A stretch of 64,000 bases of DNA from assembly GCA_041178425.1 (NCBI GenBank), contig JBEGVH010000040.1, forward strand, positions 114,998 through 178,997. The letters are read 5' to 3'. Position 1 is the stretch's first letter. The number at the start of each line of letters is the position of its first letter. Shown here piece after piece: positions 49,062 through 58,659 of the stretch. Origin of the DNA: Pseudomonadota bacterium (lineage in GTDB: Bacteria; Bdellovibrionota; Bdellovibrionia; Bdellovibrionales; Bdellovibrionaceae). The notes beneath the pieces are model-generated. The model did not search any database. It saw nothing but the letters and a program-made list of their open reading frames with translations, and was not told where the DNA came from. A program made the position numbers and the translations under genes.

Positions 49062-51326
49062 TTAGTTTTGATACATTCGAATGGAATGTAGAACTTTTTC
49101 AATTGGACTGTTGCGTATTAAAAGGCTGTTGATATCCGAATCCACTCGGTAGTCGATAGATTGGCTCACACCATCTTTATTGACGCTGAGGCGCAGTTTA
49201 AAGGGATCTGGAAGCTTAGTGACCTCCACTATCGAGCCTTCCGTGATGGCGCCAAAATTGAGTTGGTACTCAGCGACCCCCACTCCCAGTGTATTTTCTA
49301 CCATTCGTTCCATCGGACGAGCTCCAAACTCAGGGCTTCGGCCATACACCGAAATGAATAATCGCGTGGGAGCGTCAACCACCATATTCCACTCAAAGTT
49401 CTCCTTTATTTTGGCGAGTTTCTTATCCACAAGGATATTGGCAAGCTGACGAAATTCAGTGTCGCTGAACGGTTTAAAAATACTTATCGCATCAAAACGG
49501 TTCAGGAAACTCATTCGAAAGTGCTGCTTTAAATCGGCCATGACGAGCGCTCGGAGATCTGGGTGAGTCGGGTTTTTAAGCACCACATCTGACGCCGCAT
49601 TTGTCGTCATGATAATGAAAGCGCCACGGGCAAAGAGCGGTCTTTGATAGGGGTCGTAAAAAACTCCTTCGTCCATCATGAAGTAAAGCTGATCCAGAAC
49701 CTCGATCGAGGCTTTGTCGATTTCCTCAAAAAGATAGACGGCAAAAGGAGTGTTGGTGAGGTGGCGAGACATGACTTCTTGAAAGTTCTTGAAGCTGCTT
49801 TTCTCTTTGTAAGTGGTCATATCCATGGTGATGAGTTTCATTTGCATGAAATCAGCCATTTTCTTTGCCACGTAGCTTTTGCCAGTTCCTGTGGGACCAG
49901 CAAGTAGGGCCGTCGCCACGGGCTTGTCGTCGGTTCGTCCAGCAACAAACCCATTTTTTGCGAGACGAACGAGGTCTTTCTTGCCTTCCACCACGCCAAC
50001 AACATCGCTATTAAGATTGGCTTCGAGATTTTTGATAACAGAAAAATCGCGATCAATGAACCAAGCAGGGACCTGAGCAATCGTTAGAACAGCTCGTCGT
50101 GCTTCTTCGCGTGTGAAGGTATGCTGTTTGATGACTTTGCCATAGGCTCTCGAAACAACAAAACCCTGATTAGAGCCTGTAGAATCGGAGTTGAGTACGA
50201 TCTTGAGTTTGTTAGTGTAAAAGAACGCTGTTCTTGCGCCAGCGGTGAGTCGACCGGTGAGCCGGGTTAGCGGATTCTGTGGATTGTTCGCATCGTAGAT
50301 GTCGAGGTGATCAAAGTTATTTTCAATGTCGAAAGAGCTAAATTCGAGCTGAATAGCATTGTAGCCGGGAGCTTCGATAAAGTACTCCCTGCGGCTATCA
50401 GGAGGGTAAGGATGTTCTGATTCAAAGCTAATTTTTAATTCTTCCGGTTTAGGCTCTTCACTCGCTCCCGTCCCTCGAACAAGAGCATTCAGCACTGAAA
50501 TTGTTCGGTCGGGCTCTTGGCGATTGGGCTGATAATAAGCAATATTTTTTACGATGTACTGCAAATCTTTATTGTTGAGTTTGAGATTGGGGTATAGCAA
50601 TCGAAGATAAGCCTCTGACAATTGCAGAGTTTGCTCCTGATTCAGCGGTGGCAAAATAAGTCGATCGCCGAAGGCCTCAAGAACGTATGAATTTCGCGAT
50701 CGAATAATTTCGTTGTATTCGAATTTGTCAATGAAAGCAATCGAACGCATTCGTCCGGCGCTAATATTCGCAACATACTCACGCTCAATTCCGGTTTCGT
50801 CATTACTATGCGAACCAATTCCAATGAGAGCACTCACAGAGTTAAGGTACATTATGACGTTTTTGGAATCTGAGGGCGCTAAAATTTTTTGTTGCCAGTA
50901 TTGGTCAACATCGCCCACGTAGCGGTGACCAGACTCTATTTTGCTCACATTGATTTCGGCATGCCACATATTACTCGGACATTGACTGCCGACTCGGCCC
51001 GAAGCGAGTCTTGCGAAAAGATAAAGATAAGCCTGTGAGGGTTCCCCAACAACCAACACCGATTTATTTTGCTGACTACCGCAAACGACCTCTTCGATTC
51101 TTTGAGCCAAATCGTCGAAGAGAGAGACTTCTTTCATGAATGTTGTTGGCTTTTTCCAAACCTCTGAAATTTGATAGGTGGTGTTTCCTGGCCCCATAAT
51201 AAAGCCAGACTCCTTCAAGGTGTTGAGATCCGGATCGGTTCCTGGTCTCGATTGCGCCCAAGTGATCGACGACACTAATGCCATCGCCCCGAAGAGTGTT
51301 TTTGATACTCTTGCTAAATTCCCCAT
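49062..51326 (-). CDS. ClpA/B-like AAA+ protein with signal peptide, degenerate NBD1, inserted CUB domain and NBD2
   Basis: NBD1 remnants (VLVVGEP, GHRYVGD, RQEPDRTI); CUB (SEHPYP...LEFSSFDIENNFDHLDIYD...LNSDSTGSNQGF); NBD2 (GPTGTGKS, FEEIDKA, IIMTTN, FLNRFD, FGARPM). Confidence 0.85.
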   Translation of the reverse strand: MGNLARVSKTLFGAMALVSSITWAQSRPGTDPDLNTLKESGFIMGPGNTTYQISEVWKKPTTFMKEVSLFDDLAQRIEEVVCGSQQNKSVLVVGEPSQAYLYLFARLASGRVGSQCPSNMWHAEINVSKIESGHRYVGDVDQYWQQKILAPSDSKNVIMYLNSVSALIGIGSHSNDETGIEREYVANISAGRMRSIAFIDKFEYNEIIRSRNSYVLEAFGDRLILPPLNQEQTLQLSEAYLRLLYPNLKLNNKDLQYIVKNIAYYQPNRQEPDRTISVLNALVRGTGASEEPKPEELKISFESEHPYPPDSRREYFIEAPGYNAIQLEFSSFDIENNFDHLDIYDANNPQNPLTRLTGRLTAGARTAFFYTNKLKIVLNSDSTGSNQGFVVSRAYGKVIKQHTFTREEARRAVLTIAQVPAWFIDRDFSVIKNLEANLNSDVVGVVEGKKDLVRLAKNGFVAGRTDDKPVATALLAGPTGTGKSYVAKKMADFMQMKLITMDMTTYKEKSSFKNFQEVMSRHLTNTPFAVYLFEEIDKASIEVLDQLYFMMDEGVFYDPYQRPLFARGAFIIMTTNAASDVVLKNPTHPDLRALVMADLKQHFRMSFLNRFDAISIFKPFSDTEFRQLANILVDKKLAKIKENFEWNMVVDAPTRLFISVYGRSPEFGARPMERMVENTLGVGVAEYQLNFGAITEGSIVEVTKLPDPFKLRLSVNKDGVSQSIDYRVDSDINSLLIRNSPIEKVLHSIRMYQN

Positions 51327-51347
51327 AATTCCCCTCCAAAAAACGGT

Positions 51348-51998
51348 CTACTGACCGCTTAGTTTCAAAATCTTTAGAATTAACACGCGAAGACTGGTGG
51401 TCATGAAATCTTGACCCACCCGAAATGCGAGTACCTTTGATGCGGAGTCTCGATGACGAAGAAGAAAAGGTCTTACAAATTCGAAAAGAATAAATTTAAC
51501 ACTAGCATTGTAGGCGAAATCAAAGACCAGGCGCCTCATGAGCACTAAGGCAACGCCCTCCATCACATAGGTGCTCAGAGCTTGTGAAAGCAAAGAGTTA
51601 ATGGTTCCGAATGAAATAAAAAAGACGAAACGATTGAGTCGAGAGGTAATAAAAAATACCGGTCCCCCTAGTAAGGAGGCAATAAGCGTCATTACGATGT
51701 TTATGAGTGATTGGCGGTGAACGCGCTCACGACCATCGGAGGATTTCACGATGAAGGCCTCATTATGGCTCTCACTTAAAATAGAAATAACCGTTCTAGA
51801 ACTGATCTCAGAGACCGTCGTGAGGGATGTGTTGACTAGCGCTAAAAACAAGATGGTGGAGCGATGGAGTTTCCAACAGTCGAGCCATTTCATGGCTGGG
51901 GTGGCGATGATCCACCAGAGTTTAGAAAAAAAGTAGTCTAAGAAGCTTTGTGCCAGACGCAATCCCTGCGTCAATGCCTGTACCAACCAGGGCCTCAC
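51348..51998 (-). CDS. Hypothetical membrane protein (start uncertain)
   Basis: Several hydrophobic segments; fills the gap in a co-oriented gene run. Confidence 0.55.
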   Translation of the reverse strand: MRPWLVQALTQGLRLAQSFLDYFFSKLWWIIATPAMKWLDCWKLHRSTILFLALVNTSLTTVSEISSRTVISILSESHNEAFIVKSSDGRERVHRQSLINIVMTLIASLLGGPVFFITSRLNRFVFFISFGTINSLLSQALSTYVMEGVALVLMRRLVFDFAYNASVKFILFEFVRPFLLRHRDSASKVLAFRVGQDFMTTSLRVLILKILKLSGQ

Positions 51999-52106
51999 TT
52001 TGGACGAAAAGGTATAAATACGTCCTATTTATATTAAACCGGTACCAGAAATGCTCAGTCAAGATCGGCGGGGGGAGGCAAAAAAGATACGGATCAAGGT
52101 CTATTT

Positions 52107-53987
52107 CTAAAGGCTATTATCGATCATTCCATTAATAAAATACTGTCGATGCGCCTTCCAGGCGGGTAGAAGCGGGTGCGGGCTCGTTGGAGGCTCTTCG
52201 TCAGTCGGAAGAGTCAGTGAACGCCCTTTTTCAATGTAAATCTCTTGGCCATCAAGGTAGAGGTTCACATTGCGCCTTCCTGTTTTTAAAAGGGAGCGAC
52301 CGATCAGAGAGCTGGTCTTTGGCAGAGCAAAGAGATCTTCCAAGGTGGGAAGCAAATCGATGTGTTGAACGGGTTCTTCGAGATCCATCAAGTGTCTCTC
52401 TTCAGTGAGCTGGGCTCCTGGAAAATACATGAGCATTGGCACTCGAAAACTTCCAATGGAAGTTTGGTAAACCGAAAGATAACTTTTTGAAGTATGGTCG
52501 GCCGTAAAAATAAAAAGAGTGTCTTCAAACCACTTCGACCGGCGAGAGGCTTTAAAAAAGTCCCTTAGCATGGCGTCGGTATAAGCTATTGACTGCAAAA
52601 TGGGGATTGGGCCTGTTGGAAGTTGATCTCGATAAACCTCAGGAACTTTGAAAGGATGGTGCGAGCTTAAAGAGAAAAAAACAGCAAAAAAAGGCGAAGG
52701 TTCCTTATCGAGGGTTTCTCGGAAAAAATTTAAAAACGGTCCGTCCCAGATTCCCCAAGTTCCGTCGTCATCGCCCTCAGCAGAATACTCGTTTTTTCCA
52801 AAATATTTTTGAAAACCCAATCTTTGCGTGAACTCCTCAAAAAACATAGTGCCGTTGGCACCCCCATGGAAAAATCCAGTCCAAACACCTTTTTTAGCCA
52901 GTTCAAACCCTAAGGAGGGAAGGTTGTTTGTTTGAAACGAACTCGTCAGAAAAGGTTCGTCTGTGAGAGAGGGAATTCCTGCGAGCAAAGAGGGAAGGGC
53001 TTCAATTGAGCGTCGACCATTAGCAAAGCTATTTTCAAAGTATATTGAACTTGGTTGTAAGGAATCAAGAAATGGCGTGAACGATTTTTTTTCAAATTTA
53101 AGATTTTTGTGGTCAAGTCCCGTGTATTCCAAGCCAAAAGATTCCAAAACAAAGAGAACAACGTTCTTGGGTTTTTTACTCCACGGAAATAAGTTTTGGC
53201 CTTCGCCATTGGAATTGAGGAGGCCGTTAAATTGCTCTTGGTTGTTGAAATAATCAATTCGCTTGAGGCGTTTTTTTTGTAAGGAGTGCAGAGTCGTAAA
53301 GCTACTATTGAGCGTTAGGTGGGTCAGCCGAAAATCGCTACTCATCGCCGTTGCATGGGCTAGTTCAAGAGGTTTTGGTTGAGTTCCTCCGCGCGCTCCA
53401 ACAATCATCCCAAGAAGAAGCACCGAAGTGAGAATAAGACGGTGCCGAGGGCGACTGTAGACTTTTAAAAGAGGAGATTGTTCATTGAACCGTGGATTCC
53501 AACTGTGGATCGAACGTACGTACAACCATAGCAGGCTTACATTGATAATAATTAACAACCAATAGGTCGTCCAAAGAGCTCCAATTTTTCCCTTGGTTTC
53601 GCCGATAAGATAAAGACTATCGGTTGTCATTCGTCGGCCTGAGAAATGGATAAACTCCAAATCGATAATGTTTAGAACAAGAAAGGGAATATGAATAAAA
53701 AGAAATGTCATTCGAAGAACAAGTTCTTTGTATTTCTTTATTTTGGAGGGCCAAGGGACTATAGCTCCGATCAGGGGAATGAACGAGAGCCAAGCGAGGA
53801 TCGAAAGATCAAAACGAGCCCCTTGCAGAAAGGCCTTGATGAGTGAAGACAGGGAGGCGTGTTCAAACCAAACCTTCCAGTTCCAGGTGAGAAATTCAAT
53901 TCTAAGAAAAAAATAAAAGGCCAGCGTTGCTAGTAGCCAAACCAGAGTTTTAAGAAAGATTGAAAAGTCTGATTTGGCGACCGACAT
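52107..53987 (-). CDS. LTA synthase family / sulfatase-fold phosphoglycerol transferase
   Basis: 5 TM segments then NVVLFVLES, NGRRSIE, SSHHPF, TADH. Confidence 0.9.
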   Translation of the reverse strand: MSVAKSDFSIFLKTLVWLLATLAFYFFLRIEFLTWNWKVWFEHASLSSLIKAFLQGARFDLSILAWLSFIPLIGAIVPWPSKIKKYKELVLRMTFLFIHIPFLVLNIIDLEFIHFSGRRMTTDSLYLIGETKGKIGALWTTYWLLIIINVSLLWLYVRSIHSWNPRFNEQSPLLKVYSRPRHRLILTSVLLLGMIVGARGGTQPKPLELAHATAMSSDFRLTHLTLNSSFTTLHSLQKKRLKRIDYFNNQEQFNGLLNSNGEGQNLFPWSKKPKNVVLFVLESFGLEYTGLDHKNLKFEKKSFTPFLDSLQPSSIYFENSFANGRRSIEALPSLLAGIPSLTDEPFLTSSFQTNNLPSLGFELAKKGVWTGFFHGGANGTMFFEEFTQRLGFQKYFGKNEYSAEGDDDGTWGIWDGPFLNFFRETLDKEPSPFFAVFFSLSSHHPFKVPEVYRDQLPTGPIPILQSIAYTDAMLRDFFKASRRSKWFEDTLFIFTADHTSKSYLSVYQTSIGSFRVPMLMYFPGAQLTEERHLMDLEEPVQHIDLLPTLEDLFALPKTSSLIGRSLLKTGRRNVNLYLDGQEIYIEKGRSLTLPTDEEPPTSPHPLLPAWKAHRQYFINGMIDNSL

Positions 53988-53995
53988 TAGGTGAC

Positions 53996-55414
53996 CTATT
54001 CCTCAGAGCTTTCGAGCATTATAAAGCCCATTCCGCCCTCTCGCTGTATGCGAAGGGTATTGGTACCTTTTCGCAAAGCCTTTGTGGCCTCTGAGGTCGA
54101 TCGCACGCGTTTGCGATTCACATCGTAAATGACATCGCCGGGGCGCAGTCCAGCGTAGGCCGCTGGGCTTCCGGTCATTATCTCTGTCACCACGGGTAAG
54201 CCCGTTAATTCTTCCGATAGGCCCCACTGTTTGATAATTAACTTATCAACAGCTGTGATTTTGAAGCCCAGGTTGAAAGGAGTTTCCTGACCCTTAACTT
54301 TTTGTTCTTTTGTCGCAAGAGGTTTCTTGGCTTCAGGTCGTTCGGCAACCGCTATCTCGAGAGTTTTTTCTTTGTTTTCTCTTAGAATCTTAACCTTCGA
54401 GACTTGTCCAATAGGACTTCCTGCGACGGCATTCATAAATTCGACCAGGGATTTAATTTTTTTGCCATTAAATTCAAGAACCACGTCGTAGGTTTCAATT
54501 CCGCTCTTGTCTGCCGGGCTATCGGGGACCACTTGAGTGATGATAACCCCTTCGTCCCTCTTTATTCCTAGGTGGGCTGCTGCGCGAGGATTCAATTCAT
54601 CGAGGCCCACCCCAATATAACCTTGGCGAACGTGACCATTTGATTCTAAATCTTTAATCACCACTTTGACGTCATCAATGGGGATTGCAAATCCGATTCC
54701 CTGTGCGCGGGCATCAATCGCTGAATTAACCCCAATTACAAAGCCTTTGGAATTGACGAGGGGTCCGCCGGAGTTGCCTGGATTGATGCTTGCATCCGTT
54801 TGTAGGAATGGAAAACGATTGAGTTCACCAATCTCCCGCCCCTTTGCGGAAATGATTCCTTTGGTCATCGTGTGGCCATGCCCATAGGGATTCCCAAAGG
54901 CGGCAACCCATTCACCCACTTCGACATCGGCTGATGTACCAAGGGGCGCCGTTGGTAGTTTTTGTTTGGAGTTGATCTTGATGAGGGCGATGTCTGTGCG
55001 GGAGTCGCGACCAATGACCTCGGCCTTGAATTCCTTCTGAGAACCCTCTGTTAGTTGAACCAAGATAACATCGGCGCCATCGATCACATGGTTGTTTGTA
55101 ATAATAAGCCCATCTTCTCGAATAATAAAACCAGTTCCCAGCGCTGTTTGGGGTTGTGCCTTCGGTATATTAAACTGTTGCCCGTAAAATTGTTCCAACA
55201 ACTCAAGCATTGGGTCGTTCATTTTTCGGCCTTTTGGCGTGGTAGATGTGGAAATGTTAACAACCGCCGGATTAATAGCTCGTGCCAATTCAACAAAAAG
55301 ATTCTCTGGTAAAGGGTTGCCTAATTTTAGCGTTGGCGATTTTGTTTGCGCCAAACCAAGGGGTGAAAGACAGGCAATGAGAATAAACACTATCAGGCTT
55401 CTGAATGGTTGCAT
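53996..55414 (-). CDS. degP: HtrA/DegP (Do) serine protease with two PDZ domains
   Basis: TNNHV, TDIAL, QTDASINPGNSGGP; AAGGAG RBS before ATG 55414. Confidence 0.92.
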   Translation of the reverse strand: MQPFRSLIVFILIACLSPLGLAQTKSPTLKLGNPLPENLFVELARAINPAVVNISTSTTPKGRKMNDPMLELLEQFYGQQFNIPKAQPQTALGTGFIIREDGLIITNNHVIDGADVILVQLTEGSQKEFKAEVIGRDSRTDIALIKINSKQKLPTAPLGTSADVEVGEWVAAFGNPYGHGHTMTKGIISAKGREIGELNRFPFLQTDASINPGNSGGPLVNSKGFVIGVNSAIDARAQGIGFAIPIDDVKVVIKDLESNGHVRQGYIGVGLDELNPRAAAHLGIKRDEGVIITQVVPDSPADKSGIETYDVVLEFNGKKIKSLVEFMNAVAGSPIGQVSKVKILRENKEKTLEIAVAERPEAKKPLATKEQKVKGQETPFNLGFKITAVDKLIIKQWGLSEELTGLPVVTEIMTGSPAAYAGLRPGDVIYDVNRKRVRSTSEATKALRKGTNTLRIQREGGMGFIMLESSEE

Positions 55415-55567
55415 TTGTTTCTCCTTTTTTATTAAGATTTGGATTTGAATCCAAATGTCAATTACATCAAACAACAAAAAAACGCCAGAGGCGTTCGTCT
55501 TCCCGAATTAGATCTCAACTATTATAATTTTGTTGACTAGTAAAAGACAAGTGGGGCCAGTTTCTTT

Positions 55568-55822
55568 TTACTTGCTCATTTGCACAAATTTTAAGTGTAA
55601 GTCTTGAACAAGAAAGTTTATCAGATTTTGTTCTTCTTCGGATAAATTATTTTTAGTCTTATCTTTAAGAATCGTTAATAGGTCGATGTTAAACTTGGCC
55701 ATGGCTCGGTCCGGCTCGGTCTTCCCGGTGCTTGGGTTGGGAGCAATTCCAAGGCTAATAGCTGCGGAGGAGGCAATGGAAGTGACAAGAACTGAGAATG
55801 AAGCGTCATAGGATTCGTGCAT
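55568..55822 (-). CDS. DUF1844 family protein
   Basis: LGIAPNP.TG, AKFNIDLL..LKDKTKNNL..EE. Confidence 0.85.
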   Translation of the reverse strand: MHESYDASFSVLVTSIASSAAISLGIAPNPSTGKTEPDRAMAKFNIDLLTILKDKTKNNLSEEEQNLINFLVQDLHLKFVQMSK

Positions 55823-55834
55823 AAAAACTCCTTA

Positions 55835-56644
55835 CTAGATTGGAAAATAGCCGACCAGCAATTTCAATCTAACATCAATAGCTGGATTAAAACCCGTTGG
55901 GTTTCTGCCGTTGACCGGGTGGCTTAGGATCGAAAGGTGTTGAAAGGTATCGGGCAAATTGGATGTTTTTGTATCCATGGCGCCGTCGATTTTCCAGAGC
56001 GCTGAGGCCAGACTTCTTGTTTGCGAAATGATTTGCGTCGTCTCACTGTCTGATTTGGATTGGAGCGCATTGGGGTAGGCCACCTTGAGGTGGAGCCAAG
56101 CGATAAAGTAGCTTACTTTCGATGCCAGATGGAGGTGACGAAAAGGCAAAAATTGGTCAATCAGTTTGCCAAGGGTCATCCAGTTGAGGGCCATTCGATC
56201 AAGAATGCGTCGAAAAAACGTGTCTCGGTTTTTGGCCGTAACCAGCCCGAGGACGATTAGGGCCTCGAGTTCGTGGGGCGCTAATAAATCGATGAGAGAT
56301 TGGGAGATAAGGATTCGGGTGTTGTTTTTGTTCGCCGTAGAAATAAGAAAAAGCGGCCATGACGAGTGACAGGTGAAGATTTCCGTTTTTTTTAAGCGAA
56401 GTGTTTGTTGGTGAGACTTAAGCGTTTCAAGAATTTGCCATGGGTCTCTTCCCCTGAGCTTTTTTCCGTTATAGAGTTCGATAGCATCAGGATGCTTGTG
56501 TAAAAGCAGAAGGTAGTTCCACGCCAGGGAGAGGAGGAGACCGGTGAATAGTCCGAGACGCCCGCCCCAAACAAATCCAGCGCTCAGAAAAATCAGAGAA
56601 TTAATGAATAAGAGCAGAATCGCGCGAGACGGTTCGAAATTCAT
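55835..56644 (-). CDS. HtpX (M48)-like membrane protein lacking HExxH
   Basis: ISQSLIDLL..HELEALI...KNRDT, LASALWKI and LSHP match the HtpX scaffold. Confidence 0.65.
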   Translation of the reverse strand: MNFEPSRAILLLFINSLIFLSAGFVWGGRLGLFTGLLLSLAWNYLLLLHKHPDAIELYNGKKLRGRDPWQILETLKSHQQTLRLKKTEIFTCHSSWPLFLISTANKNNTRILISQSLIDLLAPHELEALIVLGLVTAKNRDTFFRRILDRMALNWMTLGKLIDQFLPFRHLHLASKVSYFIAWLHLKVAYPNALQSKSDSETTQIISQTRSLASALWKIDGAMDTKTSNLPDTFQHLSILSHPVNGRNPTGFNPAIDVRLKLLVGYFPI

Positions 56645-56785
56645 CCCTCGAGTGTAGGGTTTGATTTTGTGGTAAGCTATTCTTTTTGCAAAGCATTAAA
56701 CAAGAACGAATTACTCAGAGATCTTGATTGGAAAACTCCCTCGGTTTGAAATAGAGCCAGTGATTCAACTCAAGGAGGATCAGGA

Positions 56786-57787
56786 ATGATCGAAAGTAAT
56801 AACGTTGACATTATGGCCCTGAACGCAGCCGTGAAGCAAGAAAGTCAATTCTTTGAAAAAATGCTAGCTGAAATCGGCAAGGTTGTCGTTGGACAGCACG
56901 AGATGGTTCAGGGGATCGTGATGGGATTGCTCACGGGTGGCCACGTCCTTCTTGAAGGTGTTCCTGGTCTGGCTAAAACATTGACGATATCAACTGTTTC
57001 CAAATCGATCTCCTTAGATTTTCAAAGGATTCAGTTTACTCCTGATTTATTACCGACGGATCTCATTGGCACCATGATTTTTAATCCGAAGAGTGGAGAA
57101 TTTGCTCCCCGAAAAGGGCCCATTTTTACGAATATTGTTCTTGCTGACGAGATAAATAGGGCTCCGGCGAAGGTGCAGAGTGCGCTCCTTGAGGCCATGG
57201 CCGAAAAGCAAGTCACCATTGGTGAGGTGTCCTATAAGTTAGAGAATCCGTTTTTGGTTCTGGCCACGCAGAATCCCTTGGAGCAAGAAGGGACTTACCC
57301 TCTCCCTGAGGCGCAAATGGATCGGTTCATGTTTAAAATTAACGTAGAGTATCCGACCAAAACAGAAGAACTAGAAATTATTAATCGCATGTCAAAAAAC
57401 GAAAAACCAATGGTTCAGCCAGTGATCTCTCGTGAGGATCTTATTCGTGCTTCGCAAAGGGTTGATCAGATCTTTGTCGACACAAAGATTAAAAACTACA
57501 TCGTTGAATTAGTGATGGCGACGCGAGAGCCAGCAGAGCATGGACTTGGACAGTTGAAGGACCTTATTCAAGTGGGAGGGAGTCCCCGGGCGAGTTTGAG
57601 CTTGATTCGCGCAGGCAAAGCCCATGCCTTTTTGCAAGGACGAGGCTATGTGACCGTCGAAGATATCAAAGCGGTAGTTTATCACGTGCTCAGGCATCGC
57701 CTTATTTTAACTTACGAAGCCGAGGCCGAAAACATGACGACTGATCATGTGATCGCCGAAGTTTTGCGACAGGTGGAGCTTCAGTGA
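56786..57787 (+). CDS. moxR: MoxR family AAA+ ATPase
   Basis: GVPGLAKT, RIQFTPDLLP, ADEINRAPAKVQSALLEAM, LPEAQMDRF. Confidence 0.95.
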   Translation: MIESNNVDIMALNAAVKQESQFFEKMLAEIGKVVVGQHEMVQGIVMGLLTGGHVLLEGVPGLAKTLTISTVSKSISLDFQRIQFTPDLLPTDLIGTMIFNPKSGEFAPRKGPIFTNIVLADEINRAPAKVQSALLEAMAEKQVTIGEVSYKLENPFLVLATQNPLEQEGTYPLPEAQMDRFMFKINVEYPTKTEELEIINRMSKNEKPMVQPVISREDLIRASQRVDQIFVDTKIKNYIVELVMATREPAEHGLGQLKDLIQVGGSPRASLSLIRAGKAHAFLQGRGYVTVEDIKAVVYHVLRHRLILTYEAEAENMTTDHVIAEVLRQVELQ

Positions 57788-58659
57788 GTTTACCTCCTGA
57801 GATTCTTAAAAAAGTAAAGCTATTAGAGATTTCAACTCGCAAATTGGTTAATAATCTTTTTGCGGGCGAGTACCATACTGCCTTTAAGGGGCAGGGAATG
57901 ACTTTTGCTGATTTTCGCGAATACGTGCCAGGAGATGATATTCGTCATATTTCTTGGCCGTTGACCGCACGTGCCGGAAAGCCCTTTATTAAAAAATTCG
58001 ATGAAGAGCGCGAACTCACTTTGATTCTTTTGGTGGACGTCAGTGGCTCCACCGATTTTGGCAGTCGCGATCTCTTTAAAGGTGAGGTCATGGCCCATCT
58101 CGCAGCCCTTTTAGCCTTCAGTGCTGCTAAGAATAATGACCAAATTGGTCTTTTGCTTTTTTCAGATCAGGTGGAGCATTTTGTTCCCCCTAAAAAAGGC
58201 CACGGGCATGTCCAAAGACTATTGAGAGACTTGTATTACCACGAACCAAAGAGTCGCGAGACCCGATTGGAGCCAGCCCTTCAGTTTTTGCAGGGAGTTC
58301 TCAAAAAAAGAGCGGCGATTTTTATCATGAGTGATTTTTTTGATTCCCGTTACGACGAATCTTTGAGGATGCTGGGGCGAAAGCACGATGTCGTTTCGGT
58401 TGTCGTTCGAGACCCGCTGGAGCAGAGCTGGCCTTCGATGGGTTTGGTGGATCTCTGTGATAATGAGACCGGCGAAATTGTAACAGTTGATACGAGTTCT
58501 GCGGTTTTTAGGCAGCAGTGGTCTGATTTATATAAAGAAAAAGAACTCGAGAGGGATAAGCTTTTGCGCAAAGCTCAGGTTGATCGTGTAGATGTATGGC
58601 TTGATAAAGATTTTGTGGATCCCCTTGTAAAGTATTTTAAGAGTAGGCAACGCCGATGA
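57784..58659 (+). CDS. DUF58 vWA-like protein
   Basis: GQGMTFADFREYVPGDDIR, VDVSGS, MSDF. Confidence 0.92.
   Translation: MSLPPEILKKVKLLEISTRKLVNNLFAGEYHTAFKGQGMTFADFREYVPGDDIRHISWPLTARAGKPFIKKFDEERELTLILLVDVSGSTDFGSRDLFKGEVMAHLAALLAFSAAKNNDQIGLLLFSDQVEHFVPPKKGHGHVQRLLRDLYYHEPKSRETRLEPALQFLQGVLKKRAAIFIMSDFFDSRYDESLRMLGRKHDVVSVVVRDPLEQSWPSMGLVDLCDNETGEIVTVDTSSAVFRQQWSDLYKEKELERDKLLRKAQVDRVDVWLDKDFVDPLVKYFKSRQRR

Noticed and set aside
49062..51326. ClpV / type VI secretion assignment for the Clp-like gene
   Set aside because: No T6SS genes nearby, no ClpV N-domain, and a signal peptide is present.
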